Source of the DNA: Acidobacteriota bacterium
GTDB lineage: Bacteria; Actinomycetota; AC-67
NCBI GenBank assembly: GCA_016208485.1
Contig: JACQXY010000061.1
Coordinates: 14,330 to 78,329 of the forward strand
Length of the DNA stretch: 64,000 nt
Direction of reading: 5' to 3'
The translations under genes were made by a program, and so were the position numbers. Positions 49,222 to 59,117 of the stretch are shown here, piece after piece (position 1 is the stretch's first letter; every line of letters begins with the position of its first letter). Below the pieces are notes generated by a model, which worked only from the letters and a program-made list of their open reading frames with translations, was not told the origin of the DNA and searched no databases.

Positions 49222-49422
49222 CGGTTGCTGAGTCTAGCAGCGGCGTTCAGGGAGCGGCCGGCGTCTGGGTCGCCGAGGCCGTGCCGGTCGGCGCCTCGAT
49301 CACGCCGCCGGTATCTGCGCCCCGGCCGCACGCGCCGAGCGCCAGCGCCACGGCGGCGAGCGCGACCACGATCCTCAGTCGGTTCCGCACGATCGGTCCC
49401 CCCCAAAGTGGATGGCGCGCCT

Positions 49423-49893
49423 CTACCGGACGACGATCACGCCCGCCATAGCGAGACCTCCCGGGGCGCCGTGCAGCTTGCAGTAGTACGGGTACCGTCC
49501 GGGCTTGCTGAAGGTCCACGAGAACGTCTGGCCCCTCTGCAGGCACTTGCTCTGATCCACCGGGCAGGGCTCGGGGCTCGAATCGAAAGCCTTGTCCTCG
49601 GCCGTCACCGTGTGCGGCTGCACGCCCGTCTGGCTCCAAACGACCTCCGTCCCGGCGCCGACCGTCAGCTCCTTCGGCCTGAAGTCATTGTCGATGACCT
49701 CGACCGCGGCCGTTCCGCTCGCTCCGCCGCCTCCGGTTGGAGACGCGGCCGGGCTTGCCAGCCCGGTCCCCGGAGAGGAGGCCGTCTCGCTTTCGGCGGG
49801 AGCGGGAAAGCCGGTGTCCTTCGTCGCGCCGCAAGCGGCGGCAACGGAGGTGAGAGCGAGAAGAAGCGCGAACGCGCGCACGGATCGACGCAT
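49423..49893 (-). CDS. cupredoxin-like (plastocyanin/azurin family) copper-binding lipoprotein
   Basis: Signal peptide + lipobox MRRSVRAFALLLALTSVAAACG; C-terminal YPYYCKLHGAPGGLAMAGVIVV with Cu ligands (C…H…M) typical of type-1 copper sites. Confidence 0.65.
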   Translation of the reverse strand: MRRSVRAFALLLALTSVAAACGATKDTGFPAPAESETASSPGTGLASPAASPTGGGGASGTAAVEVIDNDFRPKELTVGAGTEVVWSQTGVQPHTVTAEDKAFDSSPEPCPVDQSKCLQRGQTFSWTFSKPGRYPYYCKLHGAPGGLAMAGVIVVR

Positions 49894-50003
49894 GCCCAGT
49901 GTCCTTTCGAGCTCCCGGTTGCCGATCATCCTACGAAGAACGCCCTGGTAGCGCAAACCCGACCGCACAGGTCGGAAACCTTGCGGGTGCTACGCTGGCG
50001 ATC

Positions 50004-51368
50004 ATGATCGACCCCCGCGACGCGCTCGAGGAATCGGCCGAGATGCTCTCCATCGTGATGGAAGGCCTCCCCGCCTGGACGTCCCCCGACGCGTTCGCCC
50101 AGGCCACCGTGCGCGACCTCGACCGCCACTTCACGCCGGGCCTCGTCCGCTACCGCAAGTCGGTGACCGAGGCCGGCGACTTCGCCGCGCTCGAGTGGTC
50201 GGGCGAGGGATCTGTCGTGCGCGACCCGGCCGGGCGTGAGTGGATCGACTGCCTCGGCGGCTACGGCATCTACAACCTCGGCATCCGCCATCCGGAGGTC
50301 GTGGAGGCCGTGCGCCGGCAGCTCGACCGCAACCCGCTCCCCACCCAAGAGCTGCTCGACCCGGTGAAGGGGATGCTCTGCCGCCTGCTCGCGGGGATCA
50401 CCCCCGGCGACATCGAGAACGCGTTCCTCTGCAACTCCGGCACCGAGGCCGTCGAGGGCGCGATGAAGATCGCGCGCGTGGCGACCGGGCGGCGCGGATT
50501 CGTCTGCGCCGAGCGCGCGTTCCACGGCAAGACGCTCGGCGCGCTGTCTCTCATGGGCAAGGCGCAGTTCCGCGAGCCGGTCGAGCCGCTGCTCGCCGGC
50601 GTGCGCCGGGTCCCATTCGGAGACGCCGGCGCGATCGAGTCCCTCCTCGATCAAGAGGGGGACGACATCGCGGCGGTAGTGCTCGAGCCGATCCAGGGCG
50701 AGGCCGGCGCGATCGTGCCTCCCGACGACTACTTCCCGCGCGCGCGCGCGGCGTGCGACGCGGCGGGGACGCTGCTCGTGGCCGACGAGGTCCAGACCGG
50801 GCTCGGGCGCACCGGCGCCCTGTGGGCCGTGGACCACTGGAACGTCGTGCCCGACATCTTGTGCGTCGCCAAGTCTCTCGGCGGGGGCGTCATGCCGGCC
50901 GGCGCGATCCTCGGCCGCGGGCAGGTGTGGAAAGCGCTGGAGGCGAACCCGTTCCTGCACACCTCCACGTTCGGGGGAAACCCGCTCGCGTGCGCGGCCT
51001 CGATCGCCGCGATCCACGTCACCCTGCGGGAGCGACTCTGGGAGCAGGCCGCGCGCAAGGGCGAGCGCTTCACGGCCGGGCTGCGCCTCCTCGCCGAGCG
51101 CTACCCCGGCGTGCTCACGCAGGTCCGCGGGCGCGGGCTGCTCATCGGGATGGTCTTCCCCGACGACCGGACCGGATACGAGGTCGCCGCCGGGCTCTTC
51201 CGGCGCGGGGTCCTCGTTGCCGGGACGCAGGTGTCTGCGGCCACGATCCGAATCGAGCCCGCCCTCAACATCCCCGACGACCTGATCGACGCCGTGCTCG
51301 CGCGCCTCGCCGAAGCGCTCGCCGACACCGCGGCCGCGGGCGGCGCGCTCAGATCGCCCGCGCGATGA
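50004..51368 (+). CDS. class III PLP-dependent aminotransferase (acetylornithine/putrescine/omega-aminotransferase family)
   Basis: …LCNSGTEAVEGAMKIAR…DEVQTGLGRTGALWA…CVAKSLGGG (PLP Lys) signature. Confidence 0.8.
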   Translation: MIDPRDALEESAEMLSIVMEGLPAWTSPDAFAQATVRDLDRHFTPGLVRYRKSVTEAGDFAALEWSGEGSVVRDPAGREWIDCLGGYGIYNLGIRHPEVVEAVRRQLDRNPLPTQELLDPVKGMLCRLLAGITPGDIENAFLCNSGTEAVEGAMKIARVATGRRGFVCAERAFHGKTLGALSLMGKAQFREPVEPLLAGVRRVPFGDAGAIESLLDQEGDDIAAVVLEPIQGEAGAIVPPDDYFPRARAACDAAGTLLVADEVQTGLGRTGALWAVDHWNVVPDILCVAKSLGGGVMPAGAILGRGQVWKALEANPFLHTSTFGGNPLACAASIAAIHVTLRERLWEQAARKGERFTAGLRLLAERYPGVLTQVRGRGLLIGMVFPDDRTGYEVAAGLFRRGVLVAGTQVSAATIRIEPALNIPDDLIDAVLARLAEALADTAAAGGALRSPAR

Positions 51369-52692
51369 AGTCCTCGAGCTGGCGCACGTTACGCACCTCG
51401 ACCATACCGTCGATCCAGGCGGCGTACTCCGAGGCGATCGAGTCCCCGGTGTCCCAGTGGGCGCGCGGCTCCGGGTTGAGCCACCACACGTGCCGCGCTT
51501 TCTGCGCGAGCGCCTTCATGACCCAGGACCCCGGCGAGCGGTAGTTGTTGCGCGCGTCCCCGAGGACGAGGACGCTCGAGCGCGGCCCGAGCGCCTCGCC
51601 GCAGGTCTCCCAGAATCGCTCGAGCGAGGTGCCGTAGTCGGAGTGCCCGTCGAGCCCGACGACGTTCGCCTCGCGGTTGATCCGGTCCACGGCCTGGACG
51701 AAATCCTCGAACTCGAACAGGCGGGTGACCTCGTCGAGGGTGTCGACGAATACGAACGAGCGGACCCTGCTGAACTGGGTCTGCAGCGCGTGGACGAACA
51801 TGAGGGTGAACCGCGCGAACGCCGACACCGATCCGGAGACGTCGCAGACGAGGAACAGCTCCGGCCGGTGCGGAACCCTCCGGCGGAAGCGCGTCTCGAA
51901 CGGCACGCCGCCGGTGGACAGGGACGCGCGAACGGTGCGCCGCACGTCGAGCCTCCCCCGGTGGGCGCGCCGCCGCTTCATCGCGAGGCGGGTCGCCAGC
52001 CGCCGCGCGAGCGGCACGACCGCGCGCCGGAGCTGCGCGATCTCCTCGGAGGTGGCCCGCACGAACTCCAGGTCCTCCGGGAGTGGCCGGACCGCGTGCT
52101 TCGCGACCGCCTCGGGGCCCCGGCGCTCGGCGAGCCGGCGCCGCACGTCGGCCTCCACGGCCCGGCGGAACGCGCGCAGGCGCTCCTCGAACTCCTCCCG
52201 CATCATGCGCTCGTCGAGCGCGGAGGGGGCCCCGCGCTCGGCGGCCTCACCCATCAGCCGCTCCAGCATCGAGTCGAGATTGAGAACCCGGAACACCCGG
52301 TAGGTGAAGTAGGGGCTCCCGCCGCGCGCGTCCTCCACCCGTCCGAACGCCGCGACGGCCCGGCGCGCCATCTCCCGGATCTCTCCCCCGTCGCCGGCTG
52401 AGAGCGCCCGCAGCAGGTCCTCGAAGAACTCCTCGGGGTTCTCGCCGCCCTCCTCCCGGGCGGCGGTGTCCGGGCCGAGGCGCGTGCCGAAGTACAGGTC
52501 GAAGAGCGTGTCGAAGGCCGGCCGGTGCGCCTCGTTCTTCACCATCGTCGTCGCGAGCGCCGCGCGGAACGGCTCGCGCTCCTCGACGCCGACGTGCGCG
52601 AGCGCGCGCATCCCGTCGAGATGCTCGCTCGTGGCGACCGGCACGCCGGCCTTGCGAAGCGCCTCGGCGAACTCGAGCAGCCGGTCGAGCAT
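51349..52692 (-). CDS. VWA-domain protein (CoxE-like)
   Basis: C-terminal …LFLVCDVSGSVSAFARF… MIDAS DxSGS motif; 5 nt downstream of MoxR ATPase gene. Confidence 0.7.
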   Translation of the reverse strand: MLDRLLEFAEALRKAGVPVATSEHLDGMRALAHVGVEEREPFRAALATTMVKNEAHRPAFDTLFDLYFGTRLGPDTAAREEGGENPEEFFEDLLRALSAGDGGEIREMARRAVAAFGRVEDARGGSPYFTYRVFRVLNLDSMLERLMGEAAERGAPSALDERMMREEFEERLRAFRRAVEADVRRRLAERRGPEAVAKHAVRPLPEDLEFVRATSEEIAQLRRAVVPLARRLATRLAMKRRRAHRGRLDVRRTVRASLSTGGVPFETRFRRRVPHRPELFLVCDVSGSVSAFARFTLMFVHALQTQFSRVRSFVFVDTLDEVTRLFEFEDFVQAVDRINREANVVGLDGHSDYGTSLERFWETCGEALGPRSSVLVLGDARNNYRSPGSWVMKALAQKARHVWWLNPEPRAHWDTGDSIASEYAAWIDGMVEVRNVRQLEDFIARAI

Positions 52693-52697
52693 CGGGC

Positions 52698-53591
52698 TCA
52701 GTTGTCGGAGGGGCGCGGGGCGATCTTCAGCTTGGCGCTGACCTTCTCCATGTCGGTCTGGAACTTGAGCAGCACCCCGAGCGAGCGGCGCGCGGCGCCC
52801 TCGTCGAGCGTCGTCACCCCGAGGTGCAACAGCGTCCGGGCCCAGTCGAGCGACTCGGCGATCGAGGGCGCCTTCTTCAGCTCCATCTGCCGGATGCTCC
52901 GCACGACGCGCACGATCTGGTCGGCGAGGGTCTCGGGGATCTCCGGCACGCGCGAGAGAACGATCGCCTTCTCGCGCTCGATGTCGGGGTAGTCGAGGTA
53001 CAGGTAGAGACAGCGGCGCTTGAGCGCCTCCGACAGCTCGCGGGTGTTGTTCGAGGTGAGGACCACGAACGGGATCTGCCGGGCGACGACCGTCCCCATC
53101 TCCGGGATCGTCACCTGGAAGTCCGACAGCAGCTCGAGCAGCAGCCCCTCGAACTCGAAGTCGGTCTTGTCGATCTCGTCCACGAGCAGCGTCACCGGGT
53201 CGTCGCTCCGGATGGCCGACAGGAGCGGGCGCTCGAGCAGGAAGTCCTCGGTGAAGATGTTCGCCTCCACGTCCTCCCAACTCCATTCGCGATCGCGCTC
53301 GGCCTGGATCCTGAGAAGCTGCTTCTTGTAGTTCCACTCGTAGAGCGCTTTCGCCTCGTCCACGCCCTCGTAGCACTGGAGGCGGATGAGGCGCGACCCG
53401 GTCGAGGACGCGAGCGCTTTCGCCAGCTCGGTCTTGCCGGTGCCGGCCGGCCCCTCCACGAGGATCGGCTTGCCGAGGCGGCCGGCAAGGAAGACGACCG
53501 TCGCGATCGACTCGTCCGACAGGTACCCGGCGCCACCGAGGCGCTCGGAGACCTCCTCGACGCTTCCGAACGTCCGTCCGGCGCTAGCCAC
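52698..53591 (-). CDS. MoxR-family AAA+ ATPase (CoxD-like)
   Basis: Walker [17 protein letters not shown], Walker B LLVDEIDK, ~300 aa. Confidence 0.8.
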   Translation of the reverse strand: MASAGRTFGSVEEVSERLGGAGYLSDESIATVVFLAGRLGKPILVEGPAGTGKTELAKALASSTGSRLIRLQCYEGVDEAKALYEWNYKKQLLRIQAERDREWSWEDVEANIFTEDFLLERPLLSAIRSDDPVTLLVDEIDKTDFEFEGLLLELLSDFQVTIPEMGTVVARQIPFVVLTSNNTRELSEALKRRCLYLYLDYPDIEREKAIVLSRVPEIPETLADQIVRVVRSIRQMELKKAPSIAESLDWARTLLHLGVTTLDEGAARRSLGVLLKFQTDMEKVSAKLKIAPRPSDN

Positions 53592-54866
53592 GGACCTGGC
53601 CCGTTCCGTGCACGATGTACTTGTAGGAGGTCAGCTCGGGCAGGGCCATCGGCCCGCGCGCGTGGAGCTTCTGGTTGGAGATCCCGATCTCGGCGCCGAA
53701 GCCGAACTCGCCGCCGTCGGCGAAACGCGTCGAGGCGTTCACCATCACGCAGGCGGAGTCGACTCCGGCGGCGAAGAGGCGCGCGGCCGCCTCGTCCTCG
53801 GTCACGATCGCCTCGGTGTGCCGGCTCCCGTAGCGGTTCACGTGCTCGACGGCCTCCTCGACGGATCCGACGACCTTCACCGCCATGATGAGATCGAGGT
53901 ACTCGGCATACCAGTCGTCCTCCGTCGCAGGCTTCATCGCGGCGGAGTAGCTGCGCGCCGCCTCGTCCCCGCGCAGCTCGACCCCGCGCCGGGTCAGCTC
54001 CTCGATCGCGCCCGGCAGGAACCGGTCGGCCAGCGCGCGGTGCACGAGCAGCGTCTCGGCCGCGTTGCAAACAGACGGCCGCTGCGTCTTCGAGTTCACG
54101 AGGATCGCCGTGGCCTTCCCAAGATCGGCCGCGGAGTCCACGTAGACGTGGCAGTTGCCGACCCCGGTCTCGATGACCGGGACGGTAGACTCCTCGACCA
54201 CCGTGCGGATCAAGTCGGCGCCGCCGCGCGGGATCAAGACGTCCACCAAGCCGTGCGCGCGCATCAGCTCCTTGACGCTCTCGCGGTCGGTCGATCGGAT
54301 GAGCTGGACCGAGTCGGGCGGCAGGCCGGCCAGCGTGCCGGCCTCGTCGAGGATGTCGGCGAGGACCGCGTTCGAGGAGATCGCGCTTCGCGAGCCGCGG
54401 AGCACGCAGGCGTTCCCGCTCTTCAGGCACAGCCCCGCGGCATCCACCGTCACGTTCGGGCGCGCCTCGTAGATGATGCCGACGACCCCGAGCGGAACGC
54501 GCACTTTCTCGATCGCAAGGCCGCTCGGCACGGTCCAGGAGGCGAGGGTCTCCCCCACGGGGTCCGGCAGGGTGACCACATGGCGCAGCCCGTTCGCCAT
54601 CTCGGCGATGCGGGCCGGAGTGAGCGTGAGGCGGTCGATGAGCGCGGCGGGAGTGCCCTCGGCCCTCGCGCGCTCGAGGTCCACGCCGTTCCCCTCGAGG
54701 ATCTCGTCCGCGCGCGCATCGAGCGCCGCGGCCATGGCCGCGAGCGCCGCGTCCTTCACCGCGGTCGCCGTCGTGGCGAGCGCGAACGCGGCTCGGCGCG
54801 CGCGCCCCGCGATCTCGAGAACCCCGCTGATGCCCGCCTCCCGGTGCCAACGGCGCGTGTCCCTCA
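53584..54866 (-). CDS. proA: glutamate-5-semialdehyde dehydrogenase (gamma-glutamyl phosphate reductase)
   Basis: Aligns with ProA throughout (…[31 protein letters not shown]…[10 protein letters not shown]…LHARGPMAL); start tentatively GTG at 54866. Confidence 0.8.
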
Positions 54867-54910
54867 CCGCGCCCGTGCAGAGACTATCGCAGATGCCGGA
54901 ACCTCGTGAT

Positions 54911-54926
54911 ACATGGTATACTATGT
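54911..54926. promoter_or_regulatory. vapBC promoter/operator: 16-bp near-palindrome ACATgGTATACtATGT containing -10 TATACT
   Basis: Seen in sequence; 14/16 symmetric around GTATAC; strongly AT-rich in a GC-rich context; vapB ATG lies 1-7 nt downstream (likely leaderless). Confidence 0.35.
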
Positions 54927-55165
54927 GCATGTTCACGGAGCGCACGCAGGTCTTGCTGAGCCCCGAGCAGCGGCGCGCCCTCGAGCGGCTGGCAAAGCGC
55001 CGCAAGGCCTCGGTCGGCGCCGTCGTCAGAGATGCCATCGAGGCCTACCTGACCCCGGGGGCCGGATCGAGATCGAAGGCGCTCGAGGCGCTTCTCGCGA
55101 TCGAGGCCCCCGTGGCGGACTGGGAGATCATGAAGGCCGAGATCGAGCAGGGAGCGCTCTCCTGA
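54923..55165 (+). CDS. vapB: ribbon-helix-helix antitoxin (VapB/CopG-like)
   Basis: M(CM)[43 protein letters not shown] fold signature; alternative ATG at 54929. Confidence 0.65.
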   Translation: MCMFTERTQVLLSPEQRRALERLAKRRKASVGAVVRDAIEAYLTPGAGSRSKALEALLAIEAPVADWEIMKAEIEQGALS

Positions 55166-55596
55166 CGGTCTTCATCGACACCGCCCTGCCGATGTACGCG
55201 GCGGGCCGGGAGCACCCGTTGCGCGAGCCCTGCCGGGAGATCCTCGGACTCGCGGCGGCGGGGCGGCTTCCGGCCGTCACCTCCGCCGAGGTCGTCCGGG
55301 AGATCCTCCACCGGTTCGCGCACATCGGACGGCGCGACCTGGGGGCGGCGCTCGCCTCGGCGACCCTGGACCTCTTCGCTCCCGTCTTGCCGGTCACCCA
55401 CCGGATCGTGCAGCGCACGGCGGCCCTGGTCGAGCGATGCCCGCGCCTCTCCGCCCGCGATCTCGTGCACGTCGCCACGTGCCTGGAGGAAGGGATCGGG
55501 GCGATCGTGAGCCCCGACACGGGCTTCGACGAGGTCGGCGCGATCAGGCGGATCCCACCCGGGGACCGCAAGCTCCTGGCGCGCTACCTCCGGTAG
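55162..55596 (+). CDS. vapC: PIN-domain toxin VapC
   Basis: …[15 protein letters not shown]…VTSAEVVREILH…DLVHVATCLEEGIGAIVSPDTGFD with conserved PIN acidic residues; no canonical ATG/GTG/TTG upstream of the first conserved Asp so the start (CTG at 55162?) is uncertain. Confidence 0.6.
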   Translation: MTVFIDTALPMYAAGREHPLREPCREILGLAAAGRLPAVTSAEVVREILHRFAHIGRRDLGAALASATLDLFAPVLPVTHRIVQRTAALVERCPRLSARDLVHVATCLEEGIGAIVSPDTGFDEVGAIRRIPPGDRKLLARYLR

Positions 55597-55678
55597 AGTG
55601 TCCGAACCATCGCGTACATTGTTCTCCGGTCTATCTGCCGACTTGGGGTGCTTGATGGACGCTGCGGAGGGAAGCCGG

Positions 55679-58600
55679 ATGCGGTTCAGCCCCGGCCAGA
55701 TCCTCACCGGCCCTCTTTTCAACGAGCCGATGCGGGTCGAGAACGTGCAGGCCGGCGGCCAAGCAAGCTGGGTGGTGGGGCTCGTCGGCCTGCACTCCGA
55801 GCGCTTCCGCAAGGTGACCCTCAGCCCAGACGACGTCGAGCAACTGACGATCCTCGACGCGCGGCACTCATACGCGGGGGATGGACGGCTTCTGCGCCTC
55901 GGCCTCCAGGCATACGCCCTAGGAATCGCCTACGAATTCGACCCCTACTTTGGACTCTCTATCTCGCGCGTAGATCCGCTGCCGCACCAGCTCGAAGCCG
56001 TCTACGACTACCTGCTCAGGCTGGCGCGGGTGCGGTTCCTGCTCGCGGATGACGCCGGGGCCGGGAAGACCATCATGGCAGGGCTGCTGGTCCGAGAGCT
56101 CGAGCTCCGGGGTCTAGCCGAGCGCATCCTGATCGTCTGCCCGGCAAACCTTGCTTTCCAGTGGCAGCGCGAGCTGAAGGAGAAGTTCGATACCACGTTT
56201 CTCGTGATGAAGGGCCAAGACATCCGAGACCAGTTCGGCATGAACCAGTGGCTAGAACGGGACCGCGTCATCACGTCGCTCGACTTGGCGAAGCGCGAGG
56301 ACATCTTGCCGGGACTGCGCCAAGTCCACTGGGACCTTGTCATCGTGGACGAGGCCCATCGAATGTCGGCTGCCGACGAGTCGCACAAGAGCATGCGCTA
56401 CCGGCTCGGCGAGCTGCTGCGCGACGTCTCCGATCACATGCTCCTTCTCACGGCCACTCCGCACAAGGGCGACCCGCAGAACTTCAGTCTGTTTCTCCAG
56501 CTCCTCGACGCGGACGCCTACGCCGACGTGAAGTCGATCCGCGAGGCGATGGACCGCCGGCGGGCGCCCTTCTACTTGCGCCGCACCAAGGAAGCGATGG
56601 TCTACTTCCCCGAGCGGCGGCCGGACGGCTCCTGGGCTGCCGAGAAGATCTTCACCAAGCGAATCCCGCACACGGTGGACTTTCTGATCGACGGTGCGGA
56701 GTTCGATCTCTACCGCGAGGTGACGCGCTTTGTGAAGCGCGAGAGTGCCCGCGCGGCGGCCGAGGGCGAGGATCCCCGCGCTCGGGCGATCGGCTTCCTG
56801 ATGTCCCTCTACCAGCGCCGGCTCGCCTCGAGCACGTACGCGATGAAGCGATCACTCGAGAATCGCGCCCGACGCCTTGAAGACGGGCTCAAGCGCGCGC
56901 AGGACCTTGCCCGCCAAGCGCCGCCGGATATCCCCGATCCGGACGAGCTGGACGAGATGGAGGAAGGTGAGAGGGAGCAACTCGAGGCCATGATCGAGGC
57001 GATCACTCTCGCGGGAAACGCCGACCAAGTGCGCCAGGAGGTCCAGGAGCTGCGGCGGCTCGCCGCGCAGGCCCAAGCCGTGGTGGACGCGGGAGTAGAG
57101 GCCAAGCTTTCGGAGCTGAAGGATCTGCTCCAAGAAGAGGGCTTCTTCGATCATCCTGACCAGCGCTTGCTCCTGTTCACCGAGTTCAAGGACACCCTCG
57201 ACTACCTCGTGGAGCGCCTGGAGTCCTGGGGCTTCCGGGTCGGCTGCATCCACGGGGGCATGAAACCTGGCTCGCGCAACGAGCCCGGCACGCGCTTGTA
57301 CGCCGAGCAGCAGTTCCGTGAGGGCGAGATCCAGATCCTCGTCGCGACCGAGGCCGCGGGCGAGGGGATCAACCTGCAGGTCTGCAACATCCTCTTCAAC
57401 TACGACATCCCGTGGAACCCGAACCGTCTCGAGCAACGGATGGGCCGCATCCACCGTTACGGCCAGCGCAAGGATTGCTTGATCTTCAACTTCGTGGCGA
57501 CGAACACGATCGAAGGCCGCGTCCTCCAGCGGCTGCTCGAGAAACTCCAGGAGATCCGCGACGCGCTCGACGACGATGCGGTTTTCAACGTGGTCGGCGA
57601 GATTCTGCCGGCCGCCCACGTCGAACGCGTGCTGCGCGACTACTACGCCGGACGCCTCGGAGACGCCGACCTCGAGGAGCGCCTGCTCCGCGACGTGGAT
57701 GAGGGGCAATTCCGGGCCATCTGCCAGAACGCCTTAGAGGGACTGGCGAGCAAGAGGCTCAACCTGGAGATGCTGATCGAGCGTCGCGCGCGGGCACAAG
57801 AGCAACGCGTTGTTCCTGAGACCATCGCCCGATTCATGCGTGAAGCATCCGAGTTCGTGCCGCTCAGCCTGAGGATGGTTCCCAGCCTTGCCCACACCTT
57901 CGAGCCTGCCCGAACGCCCTCCGTTCTACGGCGCCACGAGAAGGACCCGGACTGGAAACTCCCGGCTCTCGCCGACCGCTATCCGCGCTGCTCCACCGAC
58001 CGGGAGACGGCAGAGACCCAGAAGCTGGAGTGGGTCACGCCCGGCCATCCACTATTCGAGGCGATCCGGCGCCACACGCACGCACGGGCGCTGGACGCCC
58101 TCGGCCAAGGTGCGACGTTCCATTCGCTCCAGCATGAACGTCCGGCGCGCATCGACTTCTATCGCGCCCGGGCAGTGGACGGACTCGGACAGGTCGTCCA
58201 TGAGCGGCTCTTCGCCGTGGAGATCGACGAGGACTCGGAGCCTCGGCTCCAAGAGCCCAGCTTGCTCGGGAACTTCGCGCCCGCAATCGCGCCGGCCGAG
58301 ATGCCTGCGGTGGCCGCCCTTCCAGAAGCGACGGCCTGGCTCCACGAACAGGCGCTGGCGCCGTTCCTCGACGAGACGCGGCAGGACCGCATGTCCGAGG
58401 TTGAGCGGATCGCCGCGCACGTCGAGCTGTCGCTGACGGAATTGCTCCAGCGTGCCGACGAGGAGATCGGCCGTTCGGCCTCAGACGTCGAGCAGAAGCT
58501 CGCCGGTGCCGAAGGGCGGCTCGCCATGGCGGAAACGCGTCACGCGGAACTGCTCACGCGACGCGATCGACGCCGGACCGATCTTGAGCACCAGCGTTCG

Positions 58601-59101
58601 CTGACCCTCCAAGCGGTTGAGCGGCTCGCGAGCGTCCTCATCTTGCCGCACCCCGAACGCGAGGCGCCCGATGTGCGACGCCTCAGGCCGAACTTCGAAA
58701 CCGAGGCCACCGCCATGCGCGTGGTGATGGAACATGAGCGGGCGCAGGGTCGTCAGGTCTACGACGTCTCCAAGAAGAACCTGGGCTACGACATCACGAG
58801 CCTCGACCTTGCCTCCGGTGAGTTGCGCCTCATCGAGGTCAAGGGCCTCGGCGCGGCGACCGGCACGATCCTGCTGACGCCCAACGAGCGGCGCGTCGCA
58901 GAGGATCGACCCGACTGCTTCTGGCTCTACGTCGTCACCGACTGCGACAATGCTCCGCGACTCCAGGAGCCGATCCGCGATCCGGCGCGGCTCGACTGGA
59001 ACGAAGTGCGAAAGGTGGCGCACTACTACCTCTCGGTGAACGCGATGACGAAACCCATGCAGGTGCGCGAAGAGCCGTTGCCGTACGGGAAGGCCCCCTG
59101 A
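55679..59101 (+). CDS. SNF2-family helicase (DEXDc + HELICc) with long coiled-coil linker and C-terminal DUF3883 restriction-endonuclease-like domain
   Basis: ATG with SD GGAGGGAAG (alternative upstream GTG 55598/ATG 55655); motifs LLADDAGAGKT (I), DLVIVDEAHR (II), LLLTATPHKG (III), …ILVATEAAGEGINLQ…QRMGRIHRYGQ (V/VI); C-terminus …RLIEVKGLGAATGTILLTPNERRVAEDRPDCFWLYVVTDC…. Confidence 0.75.
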   Translation: MRFSPGQILTGPLFNEPMRVENVQAGGQASWVVGLVGLHSERFRKVTLSPDDVEQLTILDARHSYAGDGRLLRLGLQAYALGIAYEFDPYFGLSISRVDPLPHQLEAVYDYLLRLARVRFLLADDAGAGKTIMAGLLVRELELRGLAERILIVCPANLAFQWQRELKEKFDTTFLVMKGQDIRDQFGMNQWLERDRVITSLDLAKREDILPGLRQVHWDLVIVDEAHRMSAADESHKSMRYRLGELLRDVSDHMLLLTATPHKGDPQNFSLFLQLLDADAYADVKSIREAMDRRRAPFYLRRTKEAMVYFPERRPDGSWAAEKIFTKRIPHTVDFLIDGAEFDLYREVTRFVKRESARAAAEGEDPRARAIGFLMSLYQRRLASSTYAMKRSLENRARRLEDGLKRAQDLARQAPPDIPDPDELDEMEEGEREQLEAMIEAITLAGNADQVRQEVQELRRLAAQAQAVVDAGVEAKLSELKDLLQEEGFFDHPDQRLLLFTEFKDTLDYLVERLESWGFRVGCIHGGMKPGSRNEPGTRLYAEQQFREGEIQILVATEAAGEGINLQVCNILFNYDIPWNPNRLEQRMGRIHRYGQRKDCLIFNFVATNTIEGRVLQRLLEKLQEIRDALDDDAVFNVVGEILPAAHVERVLRDYYAGRLGDADLEERLLRDVDEGQFRAICQNALEGLASKRLNLEMLIERRARAQEQRVVPETIARFMREASEFVPLSLRMVPSLAHTFEPARTPSVLRRHEKDPDWKLPALADRYPRCSTDRETAETQKLEWVTPGHPLFEAIRRHTHARALDALGQGATFHSLQHERPARIDFYRARAVDGLGQVVHERLFAVEIDEDSEPRLQEPSLLGNFAPAIAPAEMPAVAALPEATAWLHEQALAPFLDETRQDRMSEVERIAAHVELSLTELLQRADEEIGRSASDVEQKLAGAEGRLAMAETRHAELLTRRDRRRTDLEHQRSLTLQAVERLASVLILPHPEREAPDVRRLRPNFETEATAMRVVMEHERAQGRQVYDVSKKNLGYDITSLDLASGELRLIEVKGLGAATGTILLTPNERRVAEDRPDCFWLYVVTDCDNAPRLQEPIRDPARLDWNEVRKVAHYYLSVNAMTKPMQVREEPLPYGKAP

Positions 59102-59117
59102 TGGCGGAACGGATCCG

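Noticed and set aside
54866-54930. ATG (MHIVYHV…) that would extend proA into the AT-rich intergenic region
   Set aside because: That ATG lies inside the palindromic promoter/operator of the divergent vapBC; ProA alignment begins ~25 aa downstream, so a GTG start at 54866 is preferred
55045-55812. 255-aa minus-strand ORF opposite vapC
   Set aside because: Arg-rich antisense shadow; the plus-strand PIN-domain reading is clearly coding
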